From: a virus
Taxonomy: Duplodnaviria > Caudoviricetes
IMG/VR virus record: IMGVR_UViG_3300024054_000550
Coordinates: 1-45,201 of that record
Strand: one strand, 5' to 3'
DNA length: 45,201 bases
Each line of letters opens with the position of its first letter. Within the stretch, counting starts at the first letter, position 1. Positions 34,311 through 44,206 of the stretch are shown here, in pieces. The notes under the pieces were generated by a model, which made no database searches, was not told the origin of the DNA, and saw nothing but the letters and a program-made list of their open reading frames with translations. A program made the position numbers and the translations under genes.

Positions 34311-35171
34311 TCAAATTGCCATCGGCATCTTTATAGATGGATCATAAGAATAATTCAAAAGAATATATTGAGAAACAGATGTCTTTAACAGTTCTTCAAG
34401 ATTTTTAAAGTTCGGCATCTTTAATGACGGCAGTTGTTTAGGTACCCGTTGAATCTGTTCTTTAATTTGTTCTATATGGTTTAAATAAATGTGACAGTCA
34501 CCACCTGACCATATAAGTTCACCTACTTCTAAATCAGCAATTTGAGCTAACATGTGAGTCAATAAACTGTAAGATGCTATATTAAAAGGCACACCTAAAC
34601 CAAAGTCAGCAGATCGTTGATATAAATGAGTACTTAATTTGTTATTAATTACTCTGAACTGTGATAGAACATGGCATGGTGGCAAAGCCATATTTTCTAG
34701 TTGAGCTGGATTCCAGGCAGATAGAATAATTCGTCTTGAATCTTTATCATTCTTTAATTGATCTAAAATAATCTCGATTTGATCGATGTAAGCGTCGTTA
34801 AAATTTCTCCATTGAGCACCATAAATTGGTCCTAGCATTTTTGATTCGGGTGAATTAGGATATCCAAGATTCTTTCCTTGTGTATCCGCATTATCTGTCC
34901 AGATTGTTTTTTTATCTATTAGATTCTCTCTGATATCTTCAAATGTAATTTCAGCTAATCTTCGTTCATCTTCTGAACCCTCTAAGAACCAAAGTAATTC
35001 ACCAACTACAGCCTTCCAAGCTAATTTTTTAGTTGTTACTGCCGGGAATCCATCGTAGAGATTAAATCTCATTTGCATTCCAAAGACACTTCTAGTGCCT
35101 ATTCCGGTTCTATCTTGAACATCTGTGCCATTATTAATGATAAATTCAAGAGCATCTAAATATTGTTTCAT
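34311..35171 (-). CDS. thyA: thymidylate synthase
   Basis: DRTGIGT, MALPPCH, YQRSAD..LGVPFN, HIY.NH. Confidence 0.98.
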   Translation of the reverse strand: MKQYLDALEFIINNGTDVQDRTGIGTRSVFGMQMRFNLYDGFPAVTTKKLAWKAVVGELLWFLEGSEDERRLAEITFEDIRENLIDKKTIWTDNADTQGKNLGYPNSPESKMLGPIYGAQWRNFNDAYIDQIEIILDQLKNDKDSRRIILSAWNPAQLENMALPPCHVLSQFRVINNKLSTHLYQRSADFGLGVPFNIASYSLLTHMLAQIADLEVGELIWSGGDCHIYLNHIEQIKEQIQRVPKQLPSLKMPNFKNLEELLKTSVSQYILLNYSYDPSIKMPMAI

Positions 35172-35179
35172 TTTTTTGA

Positions 35180-35629
35180 TTAAACCTTACTAACTATGTC
35201 GATAGCTTCTTGTGTTACAATACCTTCATATAGTAATCTTGATCTATTTGCTAAATGTTCATCAGCAATTAAAGTCTTAGATTGACCATGATAAGGAACT
35301 GCGTAACCCTCGGATATTAAAATTGCACATAATGTTCTTATTTCTGATTTTACTGTAAAATCAGCTAAGATTCTTCCGAATTTTCCTTTTTCAAAATTTT
35401 TAGATAGAATAGTTACTTCTTTTTCATCCTCGAAGAATTTCTTAACCCGTTCCTTAGATATCATACCAAATAATTTTTCTACCGGATCTGATGATCTAGA
35501 TTCCGGTGTATCTAATCCATTTAATCTGATCCTCTCATCGTGCAACCAAACACCGAACCCAAGATCAATATCTACATCTACAGTATCACCATCTATAATT
35601 CGTTTAACTATACATTTGTATTCGTACAT
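35180..35629 (-). CDS. thermonuclease (SNase-like)
   Basis: IDGDT, RL.G.DTPE, GKFGRIL. Confidence 0.9.
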   Translation of the reverse strand: MYEYKCIVKRIIDGDTVDVDIDLGFGVWLHDERIRLNGLDTPESRSSDPVEKLFGMISKERVKKFFEDEKEVTILSKNFEKGKFGRILADFTVKSEIRTLCAILISEGYAVPYHGQSKTLIADEHLANRSRLLYEGIVTQEAIDIVSKV

Positions 35630-35639
35630 TTATCTTCCT

Positions 35640-35930
35640 TTATTGAGAATTGTTCTTCTTATCGAATGCTTCTTTACCATAAAATGCTGCAACTATAGCA
35701 GCAACTGAAACGAAATATGTTGGAGCAATATTTCCAAGAACAGTTGCTGCATTATCTAATCCGATTAGAGTAGATATAATTACTGCGAATGGATAAAACA
35801 ACATTCCAAATAATGCAAACCAAGCCATGTTTCGCTGTGCATCTCTAGCTGCATCTTCATCATTGATTAATTTAGTTTTTTCCTCAATGGCTAGATCTCT
35901 ATCTTTATCTTCAAATTCATTTTCGTCCAT
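35640..35930 (-). CDS. small two-TM membrane protein (possible holin)
   Basis: AQR.MAW then two hydrophobic helices. Confidence 0.6.
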   Translation of the reverse strand: MDENEFEDKDRDLAIEEKTKLINDEDAARDAQRNMAWFALFGMLFYPFAVIISTLIGLDNAATVLGNIAPTYFVSVAAIVAAFYGKEAFDKKNNSQ

Positions 35931-35985
35931 TTATTTTTTCCTTTTTACTATTTATTTAATGTGGATAAAGAATTGAAGAATTGAA

Positions 35986-37554
35986 TTAAAAATATTTCAC
36001 ATATTTTTTATTCCCAGAGTCATAAATAATTCTGTACCCATTATCAAGCATATTCTCAATTTCAGTTCTTGATTCATCAAATGAATCTAGAATTCCCCTT
36101 AACTTGTGTTTTTGGAACTTTTCCCTCGGGTACAGAATATTCTCATTAACTCTAAAGTAAAAATAATTAGGTGGAGTATCCGCAATGAATTTAAATCCAA
36201 GTTTTTCATAAAGATTCCCAGAACTCCATCTGCGATTTGCAAAACTTAGAATGGAATTTGGTGAATAGTTCTTCTTAAAATAGTTCAATAATTTACTTGC
36301 CCCACCAACAATGGTGTAATTAATCAGAGATGCTAATCTTGCAATTTCCCATTCATATTTTTCATGCGTTCTAAATGTCATAACTTGAACTAATGCTTCT
36401 TCATAGAATAATCCAAGTCTTATATTACTTTTAGATGAACCTTGCATATGATTTTTAGTTAAAAATTCTTTAGATTCTTCTGAAGAAATCAGTCTTACTG
36501 TGCATTTTCTTGCATGAATCTTATTAGTTCTTCCTAACTTACTGAGTATCATAGATAACCAAATTTCTTTTTTCGTTCTATCTAAGAATTCATTTTCAAA
36601 GATATGAAATAATTCTATATTCTTATCTGCACATTCGTTAGTTTTATTCAAATGGTATGAAGAATCAATATTGAATTTATTAAAATAGCTAATTTTAGAA
36701 TGACCGAAAGAATGAGATAATAATCCATTGTACTCAATTCCAAAGTTCAAACTTGGAACATATATATCTATTTCATTAGAAATAATATTCCTAGCATTCT
36801 CCTTAGCTGGTAAAATTTCGTTTATGTACCTAAAAAGACTTGTTTGCGTTCGGTGTTTCTTTTTTGGATTGCACTTACTGCATTCCGTTCTGGAATATGT
36901 TGTACTTTTTGTTATTTCCCACTTGAAATTACATTTTTTACATTCTACTGGTAAAAATCTATTTGAATAAAAAAAATTTTCATCGAAAAGAAAATTAACA
37001 TTATCAAATCTTGTTCTAAAGGAAGAAAAAGATGTTCTTCTTAGAATGGTGTTTGTGAATTTTTTGAATTCTTCTTTAGAATATTTGCTATAAGTTCGTT
37101 TTATTGACTCACTTATTTTATTGTTCTTAGATTTTTTCTCTGCTTCGTTTAAACCAGAATAATAATTCTTAAGTGAAGAACTTAATTTATTTGTGAATGT
37201 TTCATCTTTTGATTTATACAGATTTAAGCATTTAACTGAACAGAAAGTTCTGCCGTAAATTGGTATTCCGCATTCCTTGCATTTAGAATCTGATGTTAAA
37301 AGATTTAACGATTCTTTTGAAGTATTTATGTTCTTAGATTCAAGATAATCTAATACTCCTATTTTTTGAAGAATACTGTACCAATTAGCTTTGCATTTCT
37401 TTTTAGAAAAAATGATTGTATTCTTATAATTATTCGTTCTATTCCAATAGTAATTCAATAGAAGCGTATTGTATTTTCTCGAAACATAATGACTATTATT
37501 CAATAAATTGTAATTGAAATCACTACATTTGTATTTTAATAATCTTTTATTCAT
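35986..37554 (-). CDS. Hef-like free-standing homing endonuclease
   Basis: Zn fingers, EIDIY.P....IEYNG..H, HIFENE, ARKC, GGASKL, GNLY..LGF, IYDSG. Confidence 0.8.
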   Translation of the reverse strand: MNKRLLKYKCSDFNYNLLNNSHYVSRKYNTLLLNYYWNRTNNYKNTIIFSKKKCKANWYSILQKIGVLDYLESKNINTSKESLNLLTSDSKCKECGIPIYGRTFCSVKCLNLYKSKDETFTNKLSSSLKNYYSGLNEAEKKSKNNKISESIKRTYSKYSKEEFKKFTNTILRRTSFSSFRTRFDNVNFLFDENFFYSNRFLPVECKKCNFKWEITKSTTYSRTECSKCNPKKKHRTQTSLFRYINEILPAKENARNIISNEIDIYVPSLNFGIEYNGLLSHSFGHSKISYFNKFNIDSSYHLNKTNECADKNIELFHIFENEFLDRTKKEIWLSMILSKLGRTNKIHARKCTVRLISSEESKEFLTKNHMQGSSKSNIRLGLFYEEALVQVMTFRTHEKYEWEIARLASLINYTIVGGASKLLNYFKKNYSPNSILSFANRRWSSGNLYEKLGFKFIADTPPNYFYFRVNENILYPREKFQKHKLRGILDSFDESRTEIENMLDNGYRIIYDSGNKKYVKYF

Positions 37555-37617
37555 ATGAATTTAACTGGCATAATTAAATGGTATATTTTCTTATTCAATT
37601 ATAATTCTCAAAAGATT

Positions 37618-37644
37618 AAAAAAGGCTCACCGAGGTGAGCCTTT
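37618..37644 (-). terminator. rho-independent terminator after major capsid gene
   Basis: AAAGGCTCAC-CTCG-GTGAGCCTTT followed by a U-tract. Confidence 0.9.
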
Positions 37645-37663
37645 GATTCGGACCTAAAGTGTA

Positions 37664-38938
37664 TTAGGCTAGAACGGTGTTTGCAAAGTTAATGCCGAAT
37701 GAACGAGCATATAGAGCAGCACGATCGTTGCTATTTGCTGAAGAAATACCTGGGATGGTATCTAGAGCATATCTAGTCTTCGCAATTACAGCTGGTTGAC
37801 CGGAATCAGCATGTGTAACCTTGGTGAAGCTCATTGGAACGTATGGAGCAAAGAAGCCCATAGCATCACGACGGTCAGCACCTTTGTAAAGAACTGTTGC
37901 ATAATCAGAAGTTGCGTATTGATCAACGATAACCTTAAAGCGACCGTCGAATACGCCAGCAACACCACCAGAAAGTGGCTGAGTTACTGCTGAAGATTGC
38001 TCAGCAACCTTGAATGAACCAACTTGTTCGAACATTGTTGCAACCTTTGGTGAGCAAAGAATGATGTTTCCTTGACCACGCTTGGTATCAATACCAATCT
38101 GAGCGGCTTCCTTGGATAGACGGATTACTTCGCGTCTGTATTTTTCAATTTCCCAACGACCTGTGCCATCGGTACTAGATTTAGTGAAAGTTGTATCTGG
38201 AAGTTGAGTAGCAACGGAATTAACAAAATCAACACATTCGCGATCGATTTCAGCTTGCATCTCATAAGACATCAGAGACATGATTTCCTCATCAGCTAGT
38301 AAACCATGCTGAGCCTTAAGGTCTTGATACATTTCAACGGTGTACTGACCCTTTAAGGCGCGTGATTTAGCTTCGACTGTTTTCTTAGCAATGCTGAAGC
38401 CAACTTCTTTCATGTCTTTACCGAGTTGTTCAGCAGCAGCTGTTGAATATGTACCGGTATAACCCTTAAGAATAACCTTGAATGCAGCTTCGTTAGTGTA
38501 TGAACCAACATAGCCTGGTGCAGCACTGTAATCACCGGCAGCTACTAGTGAACGAACTTTACCATTGCTAGCAGTTTCTGAATAAACGGCATTAGCGATA
38601 GCTTCATCTGCTTCAACGATAACTAATGAATCAACTGGTTTAGCTGGATTGATTCCATCACCAGTATAACGATTTGTTAATGCATAAATGAAGCCTGTTG
38701 GCATTGGCATTGGCTGAACGCCAAGAATTTCATTAGCAATCAATCCTGGATATACGCGGCGAACCATTGGCATAAGGATTGGGGTGAATTGAGCAACATC
38801 ACCAGATAGTACACCTTCGGCGATTAGTTTAGCATGCTCTTTTTCAGTATTTTCTAGCATAAGCTTCATGGCTGCGGAATCAGAAGCAGACAATGGAGCA
38901 TATTTAGAACTTTCAAGTAATGCTTGAATGTTTTCCAT
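37664..38938 (-). CDS. gp23: major capsid protein gp23
   Basis: GVQPM..PTG, AKSRALK, QDLKA.HG, FAPYVP, KTRY. Confidence 0.97.
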   Translation of the reverse strand: MENIQALLESSKYAPLSASDSAAMKLMLENTEKEHAKLIAEGVLSGDVAQFTPILMPMVRRVYPGLIANEILGVQPMPMPTGFIYALTNRYTGDGINPAKPVDSLVIVEADEAIANAVYSETASNGKVRSLVAAGDYSAAPGYVGSYTNEAAFKVILKGYTGTYSTAAAEQLGKDMKEVGFSIAKKTVEAKSRALKGQYTVEMYQDLKAQHGLLADEEIMSLMSYEMQAEIDRECVDFVNSVATQLPDTTFTKSSTDGTGRWEIEKYRREVIRLSKEAAQIGIDTKRGQGNIILCSPKVATMFEQVGSFKVAEQSSAVTQPLSGGVAGVFDGRFKVIVDQYATSDYATVLYKGADRRDAMGFFAPYVPMSFTKVTHADSGQPAVIAKTRYALDTIPGISSANSNDRAALYARSFGINFANTVLA

Positions 38939-38978
38939 TTTTTTATTTTCTCCTGTAAGTTATATATTAAATTATCGA

Positions 38979-39707
38979 TTAGACTAAGTGAGCCCAAACA
39001 GGTTTCACTTGTCCTTCGGTTAAGTCTGCATCTTTTGATTTTTCATCCTTGACTTCTGCAGAACCCTTGATACTCTCTTTAATCGTTTCTAATTTAGAAA
39101 CAAATTCTTCATCCTTCGTGAATTGAACTAAATTAGCTAATTTTTCGAATTTTTCGGATTCAATTAAAGATAAATCTTCTTTCATTTCATTAATTAATCC
39201 CATTTTAATAAGATTCTTATTTTCTTGGGAAAGATTAATATTCTCTTCAACTAAAGCATCATATTTCTCAATGCTTTCTTCTAATTTCTTCTCTAAAGAA
39301 GAACTATTTTTTGCTTCTACAATCTCAGAAATTTTAACACCGGTTGCTATTAGCATGGAATCAAATGCTTCTATGATCATTTCGGCTTTTTCGGACTTGA
39401 CGGATTCTGTTAATGTCTCTTTTAGATCATTTACGAATTCTTCAACTACTCTCTCCAAATACTTATCTAATGAATCAACCATTTCCTGTTGTTTCACTTT
39501 TACATATTCTTCGGCTTTTTCATTCAGAAAATCAATATGTTTTTCAGCTTTTTCATTCAAACTATTGATTTCTTCTTCAATTCTCTCGTCAGCAATAGAT
39601 GCCGCCTTCATTTCTACTGCCTCGTTGAATTGTGACTCTAATGACTCTTTCAACTCAGGAGTAAAAACTTTTTCATCAAGAGATTCAAAAAGTTTTTGTA
39701 AATTCAT
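38979..39707 (-). CDS. gp22: prohead core scaffold gp22
   Basis: Acidic coiled coil, LDKYL; TATAAATA at 39730-39737. Confidence 0.88.
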   Translation of the reverse strand: MNLQKLFESLDEKVFTPELKESLESQFNEAVEMKAASIADERIEEEINSLNEKAEKHIDFLNEKAEEYVKVKQQEMVDSLDKYLERVVEEFVNDLKETLTESVKSEKAEMIIEAFDSMLIATGVKISEIVEAKNSSSLEKKLEESIEKYDALVEENINLSQENKNLIKMGLINEMKEDLSLIESEKFEKLANLVQFTKDEEFVSKLETIKESIKGSAEVKDEKSKDADLTEGQVKPVWAHLV

Positions 39708-39728
39708 TTTACTCTCCTATGTTTTTAC

Positions 39729-40430
39729 CTATTTATATTGTTTCGATGAATTAAATGCATTCAAAAGATCAGCAAATCTTGATTTTATTGCTGCATTAAC
39801 ATCTTCTTTATTGAATAGTTCGCATTCTGATTTACAATCAGATTCTGATAATGGAACTATATTTCCAAAATTATCTAATCCAAAAGATAATTCTTCAATT
39901 ATTCCCTCATTTAACTGATAATTCTCAATTAAACCATTCATTGTTGCACTATAATCACTCGGTGCCGAAACAATATCGTATGTTACTAATTTAAAATTCT
40001 CAACTATTCCATTCTTAACAGAACCAACTCCCCGTGAAGATACAGATATTTTGATTCCATTATCTATAAGTGATTTTAATTGATTAGCTTTTGGATTATC
40101 TAACAGAATGGCTTCACCGATTACATGTCGATCTTTGATTTGTAATTTTGTTATTTTTGCAACAGCTTCCATCGGATCGACATTTGTTCTTGCTGGATGT
40201 TCCCATTCCATCAGTGTATTAATGGAACCAGATGAAAAATTCTCTTGGTATTTTGTTATTTCGGTTTCCCAAAGTTCTCTAGGATAGATTCTTCCGTTTC
40301 TATTTTTCTCGCCAATAGTACTGAAGGTGCCTTTAATCATATATTTTTTAGAGGTAACCCCAGTTGATTCATTTATTTCTTCTTTAATAATGAATTCTGG
40401 CTGAGAATCAAGATCGTACATTAATCTCAT
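39729..40430 (-). CDS. gp21: prohead protease gp21
   Basis: NRNGRIYP, EHP, VSSRGVGS, YDIV..PS. Confidence 0.95.
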   Translation of the reverse strand: MRLMYDLDSQPEFIIKEEINESTGVTSKKYMIKGTFSTIGEKNRNGRIYPRELWETEITKYQENFSSGSINTLMEWEHPARTNVDPMEAVAKITKLQIKDRHVIGEAILLDNPKANQLKSLIDNGIKISVSSRGVGSVKNGIVENFKLVTYDIVSAPSDYSATMNGLIENYQLNEGIIEELSFGLDNFGNIVPLSESDCKSECELFNKEDVNAAIKSRFADLLNAFNSSKQYK

Positions 40431-40627
40431 TATTTTTCACCTATCGAATCTATTGAATTTATTTCAGCAAATTTTGATTTTAACTCTTGTATCTCAAGAA
40501 GTTCTTTTGAATATTCTTTATATACTTCGTTACTTGCTAATTTATTTTTCAATTCAGATTTAATTGATGTTGAAAATTCAGAATATTTTGAATTTGTAGC
40601 TAAATCAATTATATTGTTATCTAACAT
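40430..40627 (-). CDS. small prohead core protein (gp67/68 position)
   Basis: 65-aa ORF coupled to gp21. Confidence 0.55.
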   Translation of the reverse strand: MLDNNIIDLATNSKYSEFSTSIKSELKNKLASNEVYKEYSKELLEIQELKSKFAEINSIDSIGEK

Positions 40628-40644
40628 TTATTTACTCATTTTTA

Positions 40645-40736
40645 TCAACTATTACATGATTAATAATCATGTAGCTTGTTTATTCTTGTAGCGAACTGAT
40701 ATAATACAAGAAATTGTTTCATAATTATTATTTATA
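40645..40736 (-). mobile_element. mini-derivative of the tnpB element (2)
   Basis: TATAAATA, ATGAAACAATTTCTTG (tnpB start) and CAAGCTACATGATTATTAATCATGTAATAGTTGA (right end). Confidence 0.8.
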
Positions 40737-40759
40737 TTGATCCGAAAATATTTTTACTA

Positions 40760-41293
40760 TTAAGGTTTTCTAGCATTCTTTGCACTTTTGGAACTAGCCA
40801 TCCTAAATAATTGAGCGGCTGAGTATTTTCCTTTTGTGAATGTTTCAGTTCTTAGTAATGCAATTTCAACTAATCTTTCGGGTGGAATTACAACACCATT
40901 AGATGCAAATCTTTTATTTATGTACATTCTTATACACGGAGCATATCCAAATGATTTTAACATCGGCTTCAATTGTGCATAATCAAATTGAAGTTTCTTA
41001 CCTTTTTGAATATTATTCCTATTGATCTGTATTATATGAAATATCAAATCTAGTCTCATTTTCGGAAGAATCCAATGAAAATTCAGCCCTAAAGTATGTG
41101 TACTATTTCGTTTAAAAATCAAAAATAAAGGTGTTCTATCATAGGTAGCTTCTTTATTCTTTGCATCATATAATGTAAATAAAAGATTACCTGGAATCAT
41201 ATCGGTAGACTTTAACTTCTTTTTTTCTTTAAGAAGAGCTGTCACCTTTTGATATGATTGCTCAGGAGTAAGTTCTTTTATTTTTTTTGACAT
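40760..41293 (-). CDS. DNA end protector gp2-like
   Basis: PG...F..YDAK.K..YD..PL, GLNFH. Confidence 0.85.
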   Translation of the reverse strand: MSKKIKELTPEQSYQKVTALLKEKKKLKSTDMIPGNLLFTLYDAKNKEATYDRTPLFLIFKRNSTHTLGLNFHWILPKMRLDLIFHIIQINRNNIQKGKKLQFDYAQLKPMLKSFGYAPCIRMYINKRFASNGVVIPPERLVEIALLRTETFTKGKYSAAQLFRMASSKSAKNARKP

Positions 41294-41327
41294 CGTATTC
41301 CGAAATCAATAATGATAACAATCTAAA

Positions 41328-41852
41328 TTATTCAACAACCCAATCGGTGAAACTAAATGTTACATCAAATTCCATAGCAGTGTCTTGTTGGTCATCACCG
41401 AGTGTGACTTCACCAACCTCTTGAACAAATGCATTATGGAATACATATTTTGCTGTTGATTTACCTTCAGAATTTAATTGCTCAACCGTTAGGTCAGTCA
41501 TTACAATACCTGGTTCAGTACTATGTACATTATTCTGGAAATCATCAGCAGCTTTCATCCAGGCTATCATAGCCTTACGGATAGCATGATCTTCTGTCTG
41601 ATAGAAAGTCAAAGTCCATGTGTTAGTATAAGATGTATCACCAGGAATAACTAATTTTCTTCCTTGATTGAATACCTCAATCTGTCCAATTGTTACGCTC
41701 GGAAAGCTAGATGCCTTACAAAGAACATCTAAATTTTTTGATTCTATACTGCTCTTAACGGCTGATGGTACAGAAAAAGTAATTTGATATTTATTTGGTC
41801 TTGCGGCAGCACCAATTGCTGCTTTAAGCTCATTTATTTTATTAGTAGCCAT
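41328..41852 (-). CDS. gp19: tail tube protein gp19
   Basis: ARPNKY, LCKA..FP, GR...PGD, W.LTF, EFDVTF. Confidence 0.9.
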   Translation of the reverse strand: MATNKINELKAAIGAAARPNKYQITFSVPSAVKSSIESKNLDVLCKASSFPSVTIGQIEVFNQGRKLVIPGDTSYTNTWTLTFYQTEDHAIRKAMIAWMKAADDFQNNVHSTEPGIVMTDLTVEQLNSEGKSTAKYVFHNAFVQEVGEVTLGDDQQDTAMEFDVTFSFTDWVVE

Positions 41853-41999
41853 TTAATTTATTTCTCCTTAACTGTTTTACTGTTTTTTAACAGTTCTGTT
41901 TGTTCTATTTAATTATTTTCTAATTGTTTTAACTATTTTTAATAATTCTATTTATTCATTTAATTCATTTAACTCATTTAACTAACCAAATTCATAATA

Positions 42000-42758
42000 T
42001 TATGGATCGTAAAATGTATCTGAAGCACCTTGTTTTGGTTCATTATCTTGAGGCAATGATTTACTAAGTGCATTAAAATCAAGTATTGTTGAATTAAAGT
42101 TATTTCCTAAGAATACATCATTCCGATTAGTATTAGTATTAAGATCAAACGATTCCTTGATAATTTCAGGTTCTTTCCCATGTAATGGTAAAAATTCACT
42201 AAATGCAAAGGTAACACTGAATTCTGATAATGTATTCTCATCACCATCTTCTAGAGTTACTATACCAACAGATTTAGGAAATGCATTCTGCAATTTATAC
42301 CCGTACACGGGATTATTTTTTCTATCCATTTGCCAGATATTGATATCTAACTGGTACCTGCATGATTTGTCACCTGGGAACTTACTAGCGAAGTTTTGGA
42401 TTCTATTTGAAATATCAATCTCATAACTTCCCTCTGGATGCATTGGGTTAGGTCTAGAATCATCAACCAACGCTAACCATGTGTCAAACATTTGTCTGAT
42501 TTCCATTTTAGAATCATCTACTATGGAAATCTCATATTCTGATATATAATCGGTTTCGCCTCTAACTACATATCTTCTACCCTTATGCCACATTTCTGTT
42601 ACATTTATATTCCGTTCTGGTAATCCAGCACTTTGACAAAGAACATTCATCATAGAACCATTTATCAACGGAACGGGTAACTCTAACATGTACCTGTTTT
42701 TTCTTAGTCCTAAACCAGGACCAAGATGTTTCTTTAAATCATTAATTGATATTGTCAT
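42000..42758 (-). CDS. tail tube paralogue (gp19/gp54-like)
   Basis: CQSAGLP, NAFP, EFSVTF. Confidence 0.8.
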   Translation of the reverse strand: MTISINDLKKHLGPGLGLRKNRYMLELPVPLINGSMMNVLCQSAGLPERNINVTEMWHKGRRYVVRGETDYISEYEISIVDDSKMEIRQMFDTWLALVDDSRPNPMHPEGSYEIDISNRIQNFASKFPGDKSCRYQLDINIWQMDRKNNPVYGYKLQNAFPKSVGIVTLEDGDENTLSEFSVTFAFSEFLPLHGKEPEIIKESFDLNTNTNRNDVFLGNNFNSTILDFNALSKSLPQDNEPKQGASDTFYDP

Positions 42759-42765
42759 TTGTTAA

Positions 42766-43557
42766 TCATGCTAAGTAAGAATACTCATCTCCAAATACAT
42801 TCTTATTTGTTATACTAGTTCCAGCATTTGTTGCTGGGGCCATAGCAAAAACATCTCCAAATGGATTTGAATTAGCATCAAAAATTACGCCCTTTTCTTT
42901 GAGCATTTCCTTGTATTCCTTATCCATAGATTTAGGAACCGGTATTGTATCACTAGGTTTCTGAACTATATCATTAATATAACTGCCATTCGATTTAGAA
43001 ATAACTACAGTATTGAAATGAGTATAAGAAAATTCTACTGTGAACTCTAATATTTCTCCTACTGACGAATAATCGAGATCTACTGACGAAACACTCTTAG
43101 GAAAACAATTATATAATTCATAAAGAACAGTTTGACTAGATCCCCAAAAATCTAATTGCGCTATTTTTAATGTTCCTGAATAACCTAAAAAATTATTGTT
43201 TTCTTGAGCAATCTGCACAGGACCAGATACAGGTTTTATATTATGTCTTTGATCTAAACTTTCAATCCAATCTTCAAATGCTTTTTTCAAAGAATGATCC
43301 TCCGTTAAATAAAATGTACACGACCAAGTATTATCATACTTAGTTTGACCTTTTATTGGTATAGATCTACCCTTGAATTTCAAATCTATAGTATCATGCG
43401 TTTTTCCTGGAAATTGAGATGTTTTAACATGAGCAAATATCTCATTTTCAGCATTGAACAATGAAGTATTGCTGAAATTTATAATACAATCGAATTTTGC
43501 ACTCCTGGCAGCATTCCCGAGCGTATTATTCAGTAAATTTTGGATAATAGATGACAT
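42766..43557 (-). CDS. tail tube paralogue (gp19-like)
   Basis: AR..KF, FPG, KGR, NCFP, EFTVEFSY. Confidence 0.8.
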   Translation of the reverse strand: MSSIIQNLLNNTLGNAARSAKFDCIINFSNTSLFNAENEIFAHVKTSQFPGKTHDTIDLKFKGRSIPIKGQTKYDNTWSCTFYLTEDHSLKKAFEDWIESLDQRHNIKPVSGPVQIAQENNNFLGYSGTLKIAQLDFWGSSQTVLYELYNCFPKSVSSVDLDYSSVGEILEFTVEFSYTHFNTVVISKSNGSYINDIVQKPSDTIPVPKSMDKEYKEMLKEKGVIFDANSNPFGDVFAMAPATNAGTSITNKNVFGDEYSYLA

Positions 43558-43558
43558 T

Positions 43559-43687
43559 TCAACTACTGCACGACTAAAAATTGTGTAACTTGCTCACTCC
43601 GACTATACAGTCGAAGGTTCTACTCAGAAGAACTTGAAATTCATCTGTTTGATAAATTCTGTATTTGTAAGCAAGAAATTGTTTCAT
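43559..43687 (-). pseudogene. tnpB: internally deleted tnpB remnant (mini-derivative 3)
   Basis: MKQFLAYKYRIYQTDEFQVLLSRTFDC fused directly to the element right end GGAGTGAGCAAGTTACAC...GTAGTTGA. Confidence 0.9.
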
Positions 43688-43691
43688 ATTT

Positions 43692-43808
43692 AATGGGTAT
43701 CCACTTCACGCACGCTACCGACGGCAGGAGCCCTCTCAGAATTCGCACTGAACATGGTTGTTCGGCTTCGATTTTCTTGGTTCAACGTGTGTCAAAGGGA
43801 TATCCATT
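43692..43808 (-). ncRNA. candidate 117-nt GC-rich rod-like RNA or MITE
   Basis: 11-bp terminal IR, inner CACGUUG/UAGCGUG stem; starts just after TATAAATA (43812-43819); strand ambiguous. Confidence 0.45.
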
Positions 43809-44206
43809 TTTTATTTATATTTTTTAAATGAACACAATCTTTTTTATTAAACACGGTTAGTTCTAAATCGTGTCAATATAAATAAAATTAAGAACTTGAA
43901 TTACTTGTTCACAAGTTCAGGTTAACAACAAGGAAGCAATGTGATAATAGGCAATCATAATGAAGTTATAGGAATGAAGATTACATCAGTAATCAGTTCA
44001 ATAGACTTTACACATTATGATGATCGAACTTTAACTTGTTACAATTCAACTATAGAAATAGATACTGAATATCTATTCTCATCAATTCATTCTCAAGCTC
44101 CTTAAAAAGGAAATTTGAGACGATTCCAGATTAGATCACAAGTTTAATTTGGGATTTTGGAATTTTTAAAATATAAATATAAAAATAATTTTAACAAGAG
44201 GACTAT

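Noticed and set aside
39271-39918. Long antisense ORFs (also 681-1088, 30723-31217, 44845-45201 and similar)
   Set aside because: Shadows of well-supported opposite-strand genes, with no motifs or SD.
43942-44105. Short plus-strand ORF (MKITSVISS...) after TATAAATA at 43877
   Set aside because: About 43-54 codons, weak start context and no recognisable motif; cannot be supported.
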